IMG/VR virus record: IMGVR_UViG_3300033406_000021
Location: 1 to 38,251 of that record
Reading direction: 5' to 3' (one strand)
Length of the DNA stretch: 38,251 nt
DNA from: a virus
Lineage: Duplodnaviria; Caudoviricetes
Part shown: positions 26,437 through 33,205 of the stretch, in pieces
How positions within the stretch are numbered: the first letter of the stretch is position 1
How the letters are laid out: the number at the start of each line of letters is the position of its first letter
The notes under the pieces: generated by a model
What the model was told of the DNA's origin: nothing
Seen by the model: the letters and a program-made list of their open reading frames with translations, nothing else
Databases searched by the model: none
Translations under genes and position numbers: made by a program

Positions 26437-26895
26437 CTATTCCGCCATGCCTTCCAGCCGCGCCAGCATCGCCATCAAGGTCTGCTGCTGCCGATAGATG
26501 GCCTGCCTGATCTTCGCGACCTCGGCGCGCTCGACGACATGATCGGCCAGAGCCTCATCAACCGCCCGGCCGACCTCGCCACCCGCCCGCCAGACGTGCG
26601 TGATCATCTCCAACACCGCCAGGTCGCCCGATGCCGCCTCAACATCCGGCATCTTGAGAAACACTCCACCGCGCTGCTGTGCTGCGGCATGCGCCAGCTC
26701 GTCCGAATCGCACAGATCGATGATCTCTTCGGTCCGATCAATCCCCAGCGAATGGCGCTCGTTTCCCACCAACTGATTGCGCAGGATCTGCGGTTTCACC
26801 TGGTGATCCGGCGACGACAGCGCCGCTGCCAGCGCCTCAATGCCGCCATTGAACGTCCGGGCGGCCCGATGGACCGCAATACGCAAATCACTCAT
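26437..26895 (-). CDS. CII-like phage regulatory protein
   Basis: A.H......GG.EALA......LRN.L......H.L pattern of the phage regulatory CII family; downstream of cro. Confidence 0.8.
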   Translation of the reverse strand: MSDLRIAVHRAARTFNGGIEALAAALSSPDHQVKPQILRNQLVGNERHSLGIDRTEEIIDLCDSDELAHAAAQQRGGVFLKMPDVEAASGDLAVLEMITHVWRAGGEVGRAVDEALADHVVERAEVAKIRQAIYRQQQTLMAMLARLEGMAE

Positions 26896-26969
26896 GTGTG
26901 TACACCCCTTTGTTCAAACGTTTGTCATAGCCATGACAGCACCTAAAGTCGCTTCAACGGCACCGGAAT

Positions 26970-26994
26970 AAAAAACCGGCGCCCGAAGGCACCG
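26970..26994 (-). terminator. tR1-like intrinsic terminator between cro and cII
   Basis: Minus strand CGGTGCC-TTCG-GGCGCCG-GTTTTTTATT. Confidence 0.8.
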
Positions 26995-27050
26995 AGAAAC
27001 GATCCACCAGGGAGGAGACAACAATGGACCGCAGAGGGAGATGGGGATCA

Positions 27051-27395
27051 TTAGCAACCTTCGATTCGGCGATCAGCCTTCCGCTGATCGGACCGGCGCC
27101 GGTCGATGCCGCGGCGTGGATCGCCGGAGGCGCATTCGACCGGAGCGGCCGGCGCTTCGGTAGAACGAACGATGCCGCCAGCAGGCAGCGCGTCGTCGGG
27201 ATTCGGGTAGATGTCCGGCCGCAGCATGTGCGGCGTCACTTGCCAGTGCGTTGCCACACACACGCCGATGACACGCTCCGGCGGAACACCGGCGCGACAC
27301 CACTTGCGGATCGCCTGATAGGTCACGCGCAACTGTTTCGCCAAGGGCTGCAGCCCGACTAACCGGATCGCCGTTTCGATAGGAAGCTCACTCAT
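27051..27395 (-). CDS. cro: Cro/YdaS-family HTH regulator
   Basis: AI..VG...LA..L.VT.QAI.KW...GVP..R, VT.H.LRPDIY; divergent from the repressor. Confidence 0.88.
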   Translation of the reverse strand: MSELPIETAIRLVGLQPLAKQLRVTYQAIRKWCRAGVPPERVIGVCVATHWQVTPHMLRPDIYPNPDDALPAGGIVRSTEAPAAPVECASGDPRRGIDRRRSDQRKADRRIEGC

Positions 27396-27402
27396 GCGCC
27401 CA

Positions 27403-27471
27403 AATATACAACCGAAAGCTATATTTTATCAACAACTGAAAGTTACGCGTCACGATGTAACAATCGGTTGT
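27403..27471. promoter_or_regulatory. oR: three operators plus pR and pRM
   Basis: ACAAC-CGAAA-GCTAT (27408), ACAAC-TGAAA-GTTAC (27432), GTAAC-AATCG-GTTGT (27457), spaced 24 and 25 bp; pR on the minus strand TTGATA-18-TATATT. Confidence 0.82.
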
Positions 27472-27906
27472 ATGACAGACGATCCAGAGCTGACCGCCTT
27501 TTCTCGCCGCCTCAACGAGGTCTGCGACGACATGGAAGTGCCGCCGAAAGGCAAAGCTAGACAGACCAACCTCGGAAAGCTTTTTGGCGTCACCCAGAAT
27601 GCAACACGGAAATGGCTAGAGGCCGAGGGCTATTGCTCGATCGCCATGGGCAAGCGCATCGCTGCCTGGGGCGGCGTCAGCTTCGACTGGCTAATGACCG
27701 GCGACGGCATCAAGCGGCCGGGCGGCGACAACCCCCTGCTGCTGCGCTATCACCAGGCCGACCCGGCTACCCGCACGCTAATCGACCTCGCCCTGGCACA
27801 ACCGGACGACCCGATTCCACCCGGCCTTTCACCCAGCCTGCGCACCCTCGTCGACATGGCCCGTACCGCGATCCGCAACGATCTCGAACCCCATGGCCGT
27901 TCCTAG
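27472..27906 (+). CDS. cI: Phage repressor, XRE HTH, no S24 peptidase domain (144 aa)
   Basis: Start MTDDPEL at 27472; F..RL, RQT.LGK.FGVTQNA.RKWL, VSFDWL.TG.G; the longer 27394 start would run across the operators. Confidence 0.85.
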   Translation: MTDDPELTAFSRRLNEVCDDMEVPPKGKARQTNLGKLFGVTQNATRKWLEAEGYCSIAMGKRIAAWGGVSFDWLMTGDGIKRPGGDNPLLLRYHQADPATRTLIDLALAQPDDPIPPGLSPSLRTLVDMARTAIRNDLEPHGRS

Positions 27907-28729
27907 CCCGGCATTCCTTGACGAGTCCGCTTACGGCCAGTTCACCGCCTGGCCAACCAGCCGAGGCTGGAACAGCTCGACCCACTTGGCACGTATCAAT
28001 TTCGGCCATGGCGACGAAAACGCCTACGTCAAGCTGATATTCACCGATGCATTCCCCGCCTTGGCCAATGAGGCTATCGGCTGGCAACTGGCTCATGCCT
28101 GCAACATCCCCGCCGCCAGCCGCGCCGCCATCATGATCGGCAGCGCCGAATTTTGGCGCGAAACGTTGGGCAGTCTGCCGAGTGGCTGCCCGACTACAGG
28201 CGACATTCCCGCCTGGTGCATCGCCAGTTGCGCCACGCTCGATCAGCATACCTGGATCAACATGGACAACGATGCGGCCGTGACCATGTTACTGAAGTGT
28301 CCACGCGGCCAGCAGATCGCCGCCTTCGGCACCTGGCTGCACCATCCGGACCAACACCCCGGCAACCTGCTACGAATTGGCAGCAACGACTGGGCCATCA
28401 TCGACCACGAACTGCTGTTCAATGGCGTGCTCGGCAATTGGCGCAAGCCACCGGCGCGGCGCGATTTCTCGACGCCGCCCTTCCTTCTCAAGCACCTGGA
28501 TAGCCTGGTTGCCCGTAGCCGGATCAGCCACAAGGTCGACAGTGACATCCGCTCGGCCATGATTCACTATGCCAGCCAGCACATCACAGCTATCGGCAAG
28601 GCCATGCCCTATCTGGCCGATGTCCTGGAAAAAGTAGAACCTCCCGCGACTGCCAAAAGTGTTCTACCATTGATCGTCGATCGAGCCTGGAATTTTTGGA
28701 TGCCCTCCACGGTCAATAAGCTCGCATGA
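27893..28729 (+). CDS. HipA-like Ser/Thr kinase
   Basis: YVK Lys, LANE.I...LA....IP, catalytic loop DQHPGNLL, Mg-binding IIDHE. Confidence 0.8.
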   Translation: MAVPSPAFLDESAYGQFTAWPTSRGWNSSTHLARINFGHGDENAYVKLIFTDAFPALANEAIGWQLAHACNIPAASRAAIMIGSAEFWRETLGSLPSGCPTTGDIPAWCIASCATLDQHTWINMDNDAAVTMLLKCPRGQQIAAFGTWLHHPDQHPGNLLRIGSNDWAIIDHELLFNGVLGNWRKPPARRDFSTPPFLLKHLDSLVARSRISHKVDSDIRSAMIHYASQHITAIGKAMPYLADVLEKVEPPATAKSVLPLIVDRAWNFWMPSTVNKLA

Positions 28730-29592
28730 ACTTCAACGCCCTCCGCCGTCATGCCGTCACCCAACCCCGCGAGGATGCCTTTACCGGCACCTGGCGCGTG
28801 GTGCAATGGCAACCCGACCTGTTCGGCCCGCAGCGCTTCGTTGTCGGCGTTCTGGTCGAGTCGTCCGTCGGTGATCGCGCCTACCGCATCATGGACCGAC
28901 CGGAACGAATTGAATGCTTTTTCCGGCCGCGCCCGATCCGGCGTGAGTTCTCGGGACTGATGTCCCTGCTTCGCAACAGCCTGGCCGAACCAGGCGCTGA
29001 CGCGGTGCAGTTGCCCTCCCCCAACTTTTCATTCAGCGAACCGTGCTTCGTTCGCGGCACATCAGCCCAGGCAGTCGCCGACCGAATCTTCGGCGACATG
29101 GTCACGGCTGCCGACCCACTACCGAATGAGGAAGAACGCGAAATCGGCCCAAACACCGAGGAAACGCGTAGGCAGGTCACCCGCTTCCTTAAGCAGATGA
29201 GCGACCTCGCCTTCGAGCGCATCGTCCGCGAGCAGGGACAAACCCTTTCCGAGCACTACCTCGACGTCACCCTCGCACCCGACCGTGGCGCCGGCAGCAT
29301 CGTCTCCGCCTGCTATCGTTCGCTGACCAGCATCGAACTCAAGCTGCTGCGTGCCGCCAACGACATCAACGCCTACGCCAGCGCCCAGAAGCGTGAGCGG
29401 AAAGCCATCTTCCTGCTCGAACCCGACGACGATGCTCCCATTTCACCGAAGGAACGCCGGTCGATGGACAACCTGATTGGTAACGAACTATGGAAGCTCG
29501 AACAGGCCGGCTTTGACACCCCGCGCAATACTGACTTCGGCGGCCTGGCCCGCGACATTCACGACTGGGCAATTCCTTTGCTAACCTCTTGA
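28726..29592 (+). CDS. DUF3037-like partner of the kinase
   Basis: N-terminal W.VVQW.PD....RF.VGVL matches my recollection of DUF3037; ATGA coupling to the kinase. Confidence 0.6.
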   Translation: MNFNALRRHAVTQPREDAFTGTWRVVQWQPDLFGPQRFVVGVLVESSVGDRAYRIMDRPERIECFFRPRPIRREFSGLMSLLRNSLAEPGADAVQLPSPNFSFSEPCFVRGTSAQAVADRIFGDMVTAADPLPNEEEREIGPNTEETRRQVTRFLKQMSDLAFERIVREQGQTLSEHYLDVTLAPDRGAGSIVSACYRSLTSIELKLLRAANDINAYASAQKRERKAIFLLEPDDDAPISPKERRSMDNLIGNELWKLEQAGFDTPRNTDFGGLARDIHDWAIPLLTS

Positions 29593-29604
29593 GTAACCGA
29601 CAGA

Positions 29605-29645
29605 AAATAACGACAGGTTATTTACCGTGTATAATCACGGGTTAA
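29605..29645 (+). promoter_or_regulatory. Internal promoter with two CI-operator-like sites
   Basis: AAATAAC-GACAG-GTTATTT (29605-29623) and ATAAT-CACGG-GTTAA (29631-29645), 24 bp apart; TATAAT at 29630-29635. Confidence 0.6.
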
Positions 29646-29685
29646 TTAAATCGCGATGATTACAAAATCATAATCGCACAACCGC

Positions 29686-29889
29686 ATGGGGATGACTTTG
29701 AAAACTCTGACCGACATCATGAGCGCCCTTCCCAAGGACGATCTGATTGATAACGCCTATGGAATTTTCAAGAACACGGACGAAAAGGCCGTCACCAAGA
29801 ACCTGACCGATCCGTCGATTGCGGAAGCCGCGTTTCGCGCTGTATTTTTCGATATTGAAGAGGCCCAGACTGCCCACCTAGGCTTCTGA
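29686..29889 (+). CDS. Hypothetical acidic protein (67 aa)
   Basis: ORF after the AT-rich promoter, 7 nt before the next gene; start may be 29692. Confidence 0.6.
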   Translation: MGMTLKTLTDIMSALPKDDLIDNAYGIFKNTDEKAVTKNLTDPSIAEAAFRAVFFDIEEAQTAHLGF

Positions 29890-29896
29890 ATCCGGA

Positions 29897-30505
29897 ATGG
29901 ACATCGCGTACCATTTCCCGGATGACATCCTGGGTGACAAGGCCAGCCAGGAACAAAAAGCGAAACGACTGAAAGAAATCGAATTCTGGTTCGACCGATA
30001 CGTTCAGGGTGTCCGCACCATCCAGGGCGGACTAGGCAAAGCCAACTACAAGAACCCAGGAAGTCTGGTTTTTGCGGATGATGCCGCCCTTCACGTCAAC
30101 GAGGTGTACTGGTACATCCTCGAACAGCGTGTCCGGCCACGCATCGTTTCGTGCAATGGCGACATCGAAGTTACCGTTGATCGACACAAGATCAGCTCGC
30201 TGACGGAAATCGTCATCGCCCTGACTGAACCGATCGAGCACGAGCACCTGCCAACGAAACGTCGGCTTAATGCCAGCCTGGGTTTCTATTGCGCCATGAA
30301 CATCATGGCGAACTGGAACCCCAAGATATCGAAAGAGATGTTCGTGAGTCGCCCGTTCTCGCAAGCTCACACCACGTGGCTGGAATACCTGCCGACCTCA
30401 ACCGAGGAACGCATGCCGATTTTCTCGAACGCCGCCAACTGGTACCTTGTCGAGACGCTGTTCGAAGAGCGGCATGACAAGAAGCTGCTGCGACCGGTCA
30501 ACTAG
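29897..30505 (+). CDS. Hypothetical protein (202 aa)
   Basis: Globular-looking ORF ending just before a terminator; no family recognised. Confidence 0.75.
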   Translation: MDIAYHFPDDILGDKASQEQKAKRLKEIEFWFDRYVQGVRTIQGGLGKANYKNPGSLVFADDAALHVNEVYWYILEQRVRPRIVSCNGDIEVTVDRHKISSLTEIVIALTEPIEHEHLPTKRRLNASLGFYCAMNIMANWNPKISKEMFVSRPFSQAHTTWLEYLPTSTEERMPIFSNAANWYLVETLFEERHDKKLLRPVN

Positions 30506-30525
30506 CCCCACCTACGCGAACAAGC

Positions 30526-30554
30526 AAACCCGCCTTGATGGCGGGTTTTTTATT
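30526..30554 (+). terminator. Intrinsic terminator
   Basis: AAACCCGCC-TTGAT-GGCGGGTTT-TTTATT. Confidence 0.85.
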
Positions 30555-30589
30555 ACCATGTCGTACTTTGGAACACCAAGGGGACCAAC

Positions 30590-31348
30590 ATGGAATTAAT
30601 CATTGCTCTGCTGCTCATCGGCCTTGCCGCCCATTACTGGAAAAAACACCAGCTTCAGGCCCGACCATCATTCATCGACGACTCGCTGGACTCGGTCAAC
30701 TGGGAGACCCCGGCCGATCTTGTGCCATCCAATCCGCGCCCGATTCAGGCCACCCTTCGCCTTTCCTATCGGGATACAGCCGGCGCCACCACCGAGCGGC
30801 ACGTCACCGTTCGGGAATGCGATACCACCAACCCGGCTGGCTATTTGATCGGCCATTGCCAGTTGCGCGACTCGATCCGCACCTTCCGCATGGATCGCAT
30901 CAAGCGTGCGGTCGATGTCGAGACGGGCGAGGTCATTGAAAACCTCAACTCGTACGCCGCGAAGAAGTATGCAGACTCGCCCATCGCTTCGCTGGACACG
31001 CTGTTCGCCGATTCTGCCGACTCGTTGCGCGCCCTCTTTTATATCGGTAAGGCCGACGGCCGTTTCACAGCCAAGGAAAAGCAGATTTTCCTCACGTACT
31101 GCCAGCAGGCGGCCAACGATGACCGGATCACGCTCAAGCAGATCGAGGATGCCTGTCGCTACATCCCGACGCCGACCATGCAGGCCTACAAGCTGATCTG
31201 CGGCCGGCTGGCCAAACTCGACGGGGCGAAGCGGGCGGCGATCCTGCAAGCGGCCGAAGCCATGATCGCCACCGAGAAAACAATCGCGGCCCAGGAAGAG
31301 GAGGCGCTGGCCTATATGCAGAAACGGTTCGCCGAGCCCACCAGATGA
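30590..31348 (+). CDS. Membrane-anchored WYL-domain / TerB-like protein
   Basis: N-terminal TM; WYL pattern Y.D..G..TER.V...YL.GHC.LR...RTFR.DRI; C-terminal ADG.F...EK...(A..MI.....I...E...L) TerB-like. Confidence 0.8.
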   Translation: MELIIALLLIGLAAHYWKKHQLQARPSFIDDSLDSVNWETPADLVPSNPRPIQATLRLSYRDTAGATTERHVTVRECDTTNPAGYLIGHCQLRDSIRTFRMDRIKRAVDVETGEVIENLNSYAAKKYADSPIASLDTLFADSADSLRALFYIGKADGRFTAKEKQIFLTYCQQAANDDRITLKQIEDACRYIPTPTMQAYKLICGRLAKLDGAKRAAILQAAEAMIATEKTIAAQEEEALAYMQKRFAEPTR

Positions 31349-31376
31349 GGGCGCGCCGCCAAGCTTGTAGATGAAT

Positions 31377-31398
31377 AACCGCCTTCGGGCGGTTTTTT
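31377..31398 (+). terminator. Intrinsic terminator closing the accessory cassette
   Basis: AACCGCC-TTCG-GGCGGTT-TTTT. Confidence 0.85.
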
Positions 31399-31439
31399 CA
31401 TTGCCTGCTCGCCCAGCCAAGGATGCACAAAACCGAAAT

Positions 31440-31482
31440 ACAACTTTAGGTGTTGACGTAAAATAACTTTGGGTTGTATTGT
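31440..31482 (+). promoter_or_regulatory. oL/pL: two operators and the early promoter
   Basis: ACAAC-TTTAG-GTGTT (31440), ATAAC-TTTGG-GTTGT (31463); TTGACG-18-TATTGT, same layout as pR. Confidence 0.82.
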
Positions 31483-31511
31483 GTTCGCACCAATTCAAAC
31501 CGGAGCGAACC

Positions 31512-31646
31512 ATGAAACTCACCCTCGGCGCCCTCAAAGTCCACCTCGCCTACTGCGCCGCTTACCCCAGCATCCGCCGCATTTTCGGCGTCATGTTCAC
31601 CGCCAGCAGCATCCCCAAAGTCGGCGCCCCGCCCGTTCGCCACTGA
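31512..31646 (+). CDS. First pL gene, 44-aa hypothetical protein (absent from the ORF track)
   Basis: GGAG RBS; MKLTLGALKVHLAYCAAYPSIRRIFGVMFTASSIPKVGAPPVRH; C-ending codon usage like its neighbours. Confidence 0.65.
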   Translation: MKLTLGALKVHLAYCAAYPSIRRIFGVMFTASSIPKVGAPPVRH

Positions 31647-31655
31647 GCGCGTTCC

Positions 31656-31853
31656 ATGGCCTGCGCCCGTAACCCACTCCAGGTGCTCAAGGAAGCCCGT
31701 CAGATCGCCTCTGACTACGACCTCACGATCATCGAAAAGGCCGGGCGCTTTCACGTCTACCGCAACACGCAAACCGGCCCCGCCTGGCAAGGCCAGTGCG
31801 GTCAACCGCAGGCGCTGCGCGCCTTGGTTTGCAAGCTGACCAATTTCGAGTGA
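31656..31853 (+). CDS. Hypothetical early protein
   Basis: Co-oriented ORF in the pL operon with typical codon usage. Confidence 0.7.
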   Translation: MACARNPLQVLKEARQIASDYDLTIIEKAGRFHVYRNTQTGPAWQGQCGQPQALRALVCKLTNFE

Positions 31854-31857
31854 GGTC

Positions 31858-32670
31858 ATGATGGCCACCAAATCATCATCACATCCCGTGCCAGTCGACT
31901 GCGAGGTCTGCCGGCACTACACCGGCACCGCCTACATCTTCCAGTTTGGCTGCGCCAAGGGCCAGTGCCAGGAGAAAACCTGGACGCTCAAGCGCGAGGC
32001 CTGCGCCGACTTCGCGCTCATGTCCCGCCAGGAGCAGATCCTCAAGCGCTTCGCGCACAGCGCCAAGCACTACGGCGAGCGCGATATCAAGAAGCACCGC
32101 GCCGAGGTACGCCGCATGGCCAGCGGGATGCAGAAGACGCTGGAGAGCTTCAGCCGCTTCATGACCATGGGGCAGATCGAGGCCATCAAGGCGGCATCCC
32201 TGCACCTCGCCGACCTGGGCGACGATCTGGAGCTGGCCGGCCGCCTGGCCAACACGGTGCAGAAAAACGCCGAAGCCGAGCGCCAGCGCCAGGAAAAGGC
32301 ACGGCGCGCCGCACTGGTCGAGAAACACTTCGGCGACATGACGCCGGCCGACTGCCTCGCCCTCTGCCAGGATCTGGTCGCCTTCGATAGCCGGGACGGT
32401 AGCGACTGGCTGCGCTGCTGGAAGCGCAACCCTGATGCTTTCGTCAATATCTTCGACAGCCACGTCATGGGGAACGCGCTGCTCTACCACGCCCGCGCCC
32501 CATCGCCGGCAACGCTGGCCGCCGTCAAGGAAGCCGCCTCCCTCTGCATCGATGACCTGAAGCAGCCGAAGCGCAGCCTCAGCTACGCAACGTGGGCGGA
32601 TTTCGAAACCTTCCGCGCCTGGCACCGCGATATCGCTGCCACCCTAGCCCGGATCGGTACGCCATGCTGA
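31858..32670 (+). CDS. Hypothetical early protein with N-terminal Cys cluster and coiled coil
   Basis: GAGG RBS; CEVCRH...C...C...C. Confidence 0.75.
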   Translation: MMATKSSSHPVPVDCEVCRHYTGTAYIFQFGCAKGQCQEKTWTLKREACADFALMSRQEQILKRFAHSAKHYGERDIKKHRAEVRRMASGMQKTLESFSRFMTMGQIEAIKAASLHLADLGDDLELAGRLANTVQKNAEAERQRQEKARRAALVEKHFGDMTPADCLALCQDLVAFDSRDGSDWLRCWKRNPDAFVNIFDSHVMGNALLYHARAPSPATLAAVKEAASLCIDDLKQPKRSLSYATWADFETFRAWHRDIAATLARIGTPC

Positions 32671-32870
32671 ACCTAACCAACATGCTCCGCGCCCCGATGC
32701 ACGACTACGAAGTGACCATGGACCGCAAGGCCTGCCTCAACGCCAACGAGAGCGCCCGCAAGTGCATCGCCTACGTGCGCGCCGTCAATGCCGCCGAAGC
32801 CAAGCAGGCAGCCGAGAAACTGCCGGGCAAGTCCGCCTTCAAGGCCATGTCTGCCAAGGAGGTCAAATGA
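32664..32870 (+). CDS. Hypothetical early protein
   Basis: Start MLNLT at 32664; V.A.NA.EA...A pattern; ATGA coupling to the next gene. Confidence 0.65.
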   Translation: MLNLTNMLRAPMHDYEVTMDRKACLNANESARKCIAYVRAVNAAEAKQAAEKLPGKSAFKAMSAKEVK

Positions 32871-33205
32871 CCCGCTTCGCCACCCGCTTTGGCGCCTTCG
32901 AGATCGACTCGCTGCCCGGCCAGTGCCAGGTCGCCGTCTGCCACAGCTTCGTTGTGCCGGAAGACCACCGCGGCAACGGCCACGGCCACCATCTCAAGGC
33001 CGAGCAGGAAGCCCTGCTTGATCACCATCACTACGACTTCGCCGTCTGCACCGTGGCCGCCGGCAACGAGCGCCAGAAACGCATCCTGGAAAAGTCCGGC
33101 TGGCGCCACCTGGCCAACTTCCGCAACCGCCGGTCCTGCGAAACCACCGAACTGTGGTGCCGGGGCGCGACGCCTTCCACTACCGAGGATAGCCACCATG
33201 AATGA
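32867..33205 (+). CDS. Minimal GNAT-family acetyltransferase (112 aa)
   Basis: Start MTRFA at 32867 with AAGGAGG RBS; motif A V.EDHRGNGHG..L; TV..GN..QKRILEK.GW. Confidence 0.75.
   Translation: MTRFATRFGAFEIDSLPGQCQVAVCHSFVVPEDHRGNGHGHHLKAEQEALLDHHHYDFAVCTVAAGNERQKRILEKSGWRHLANFRNRRSCETTELWCRGATPSTTEDSHHE

Noticed and set aside
26938-26952. Extra operator AGCAC-CTAAA-GTCGC upstream of cII
   Set aside because: Only 6/10 consensus positions; the shared CACCTAAAGT with oL may be chance.
27394-27471. N-terminal extension of cI in the ORF track
   Set aside because: It would overlap the cro start and all three operators; 27472 fits the HTH domain start.
32889-33197. 103-aa N-terminal extension of the ParB fusion (914-aa ORF)
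   Set aside because: It overlaps the GNAT gene in another frame and is low-complexity; ATG 33198 has an RBS.
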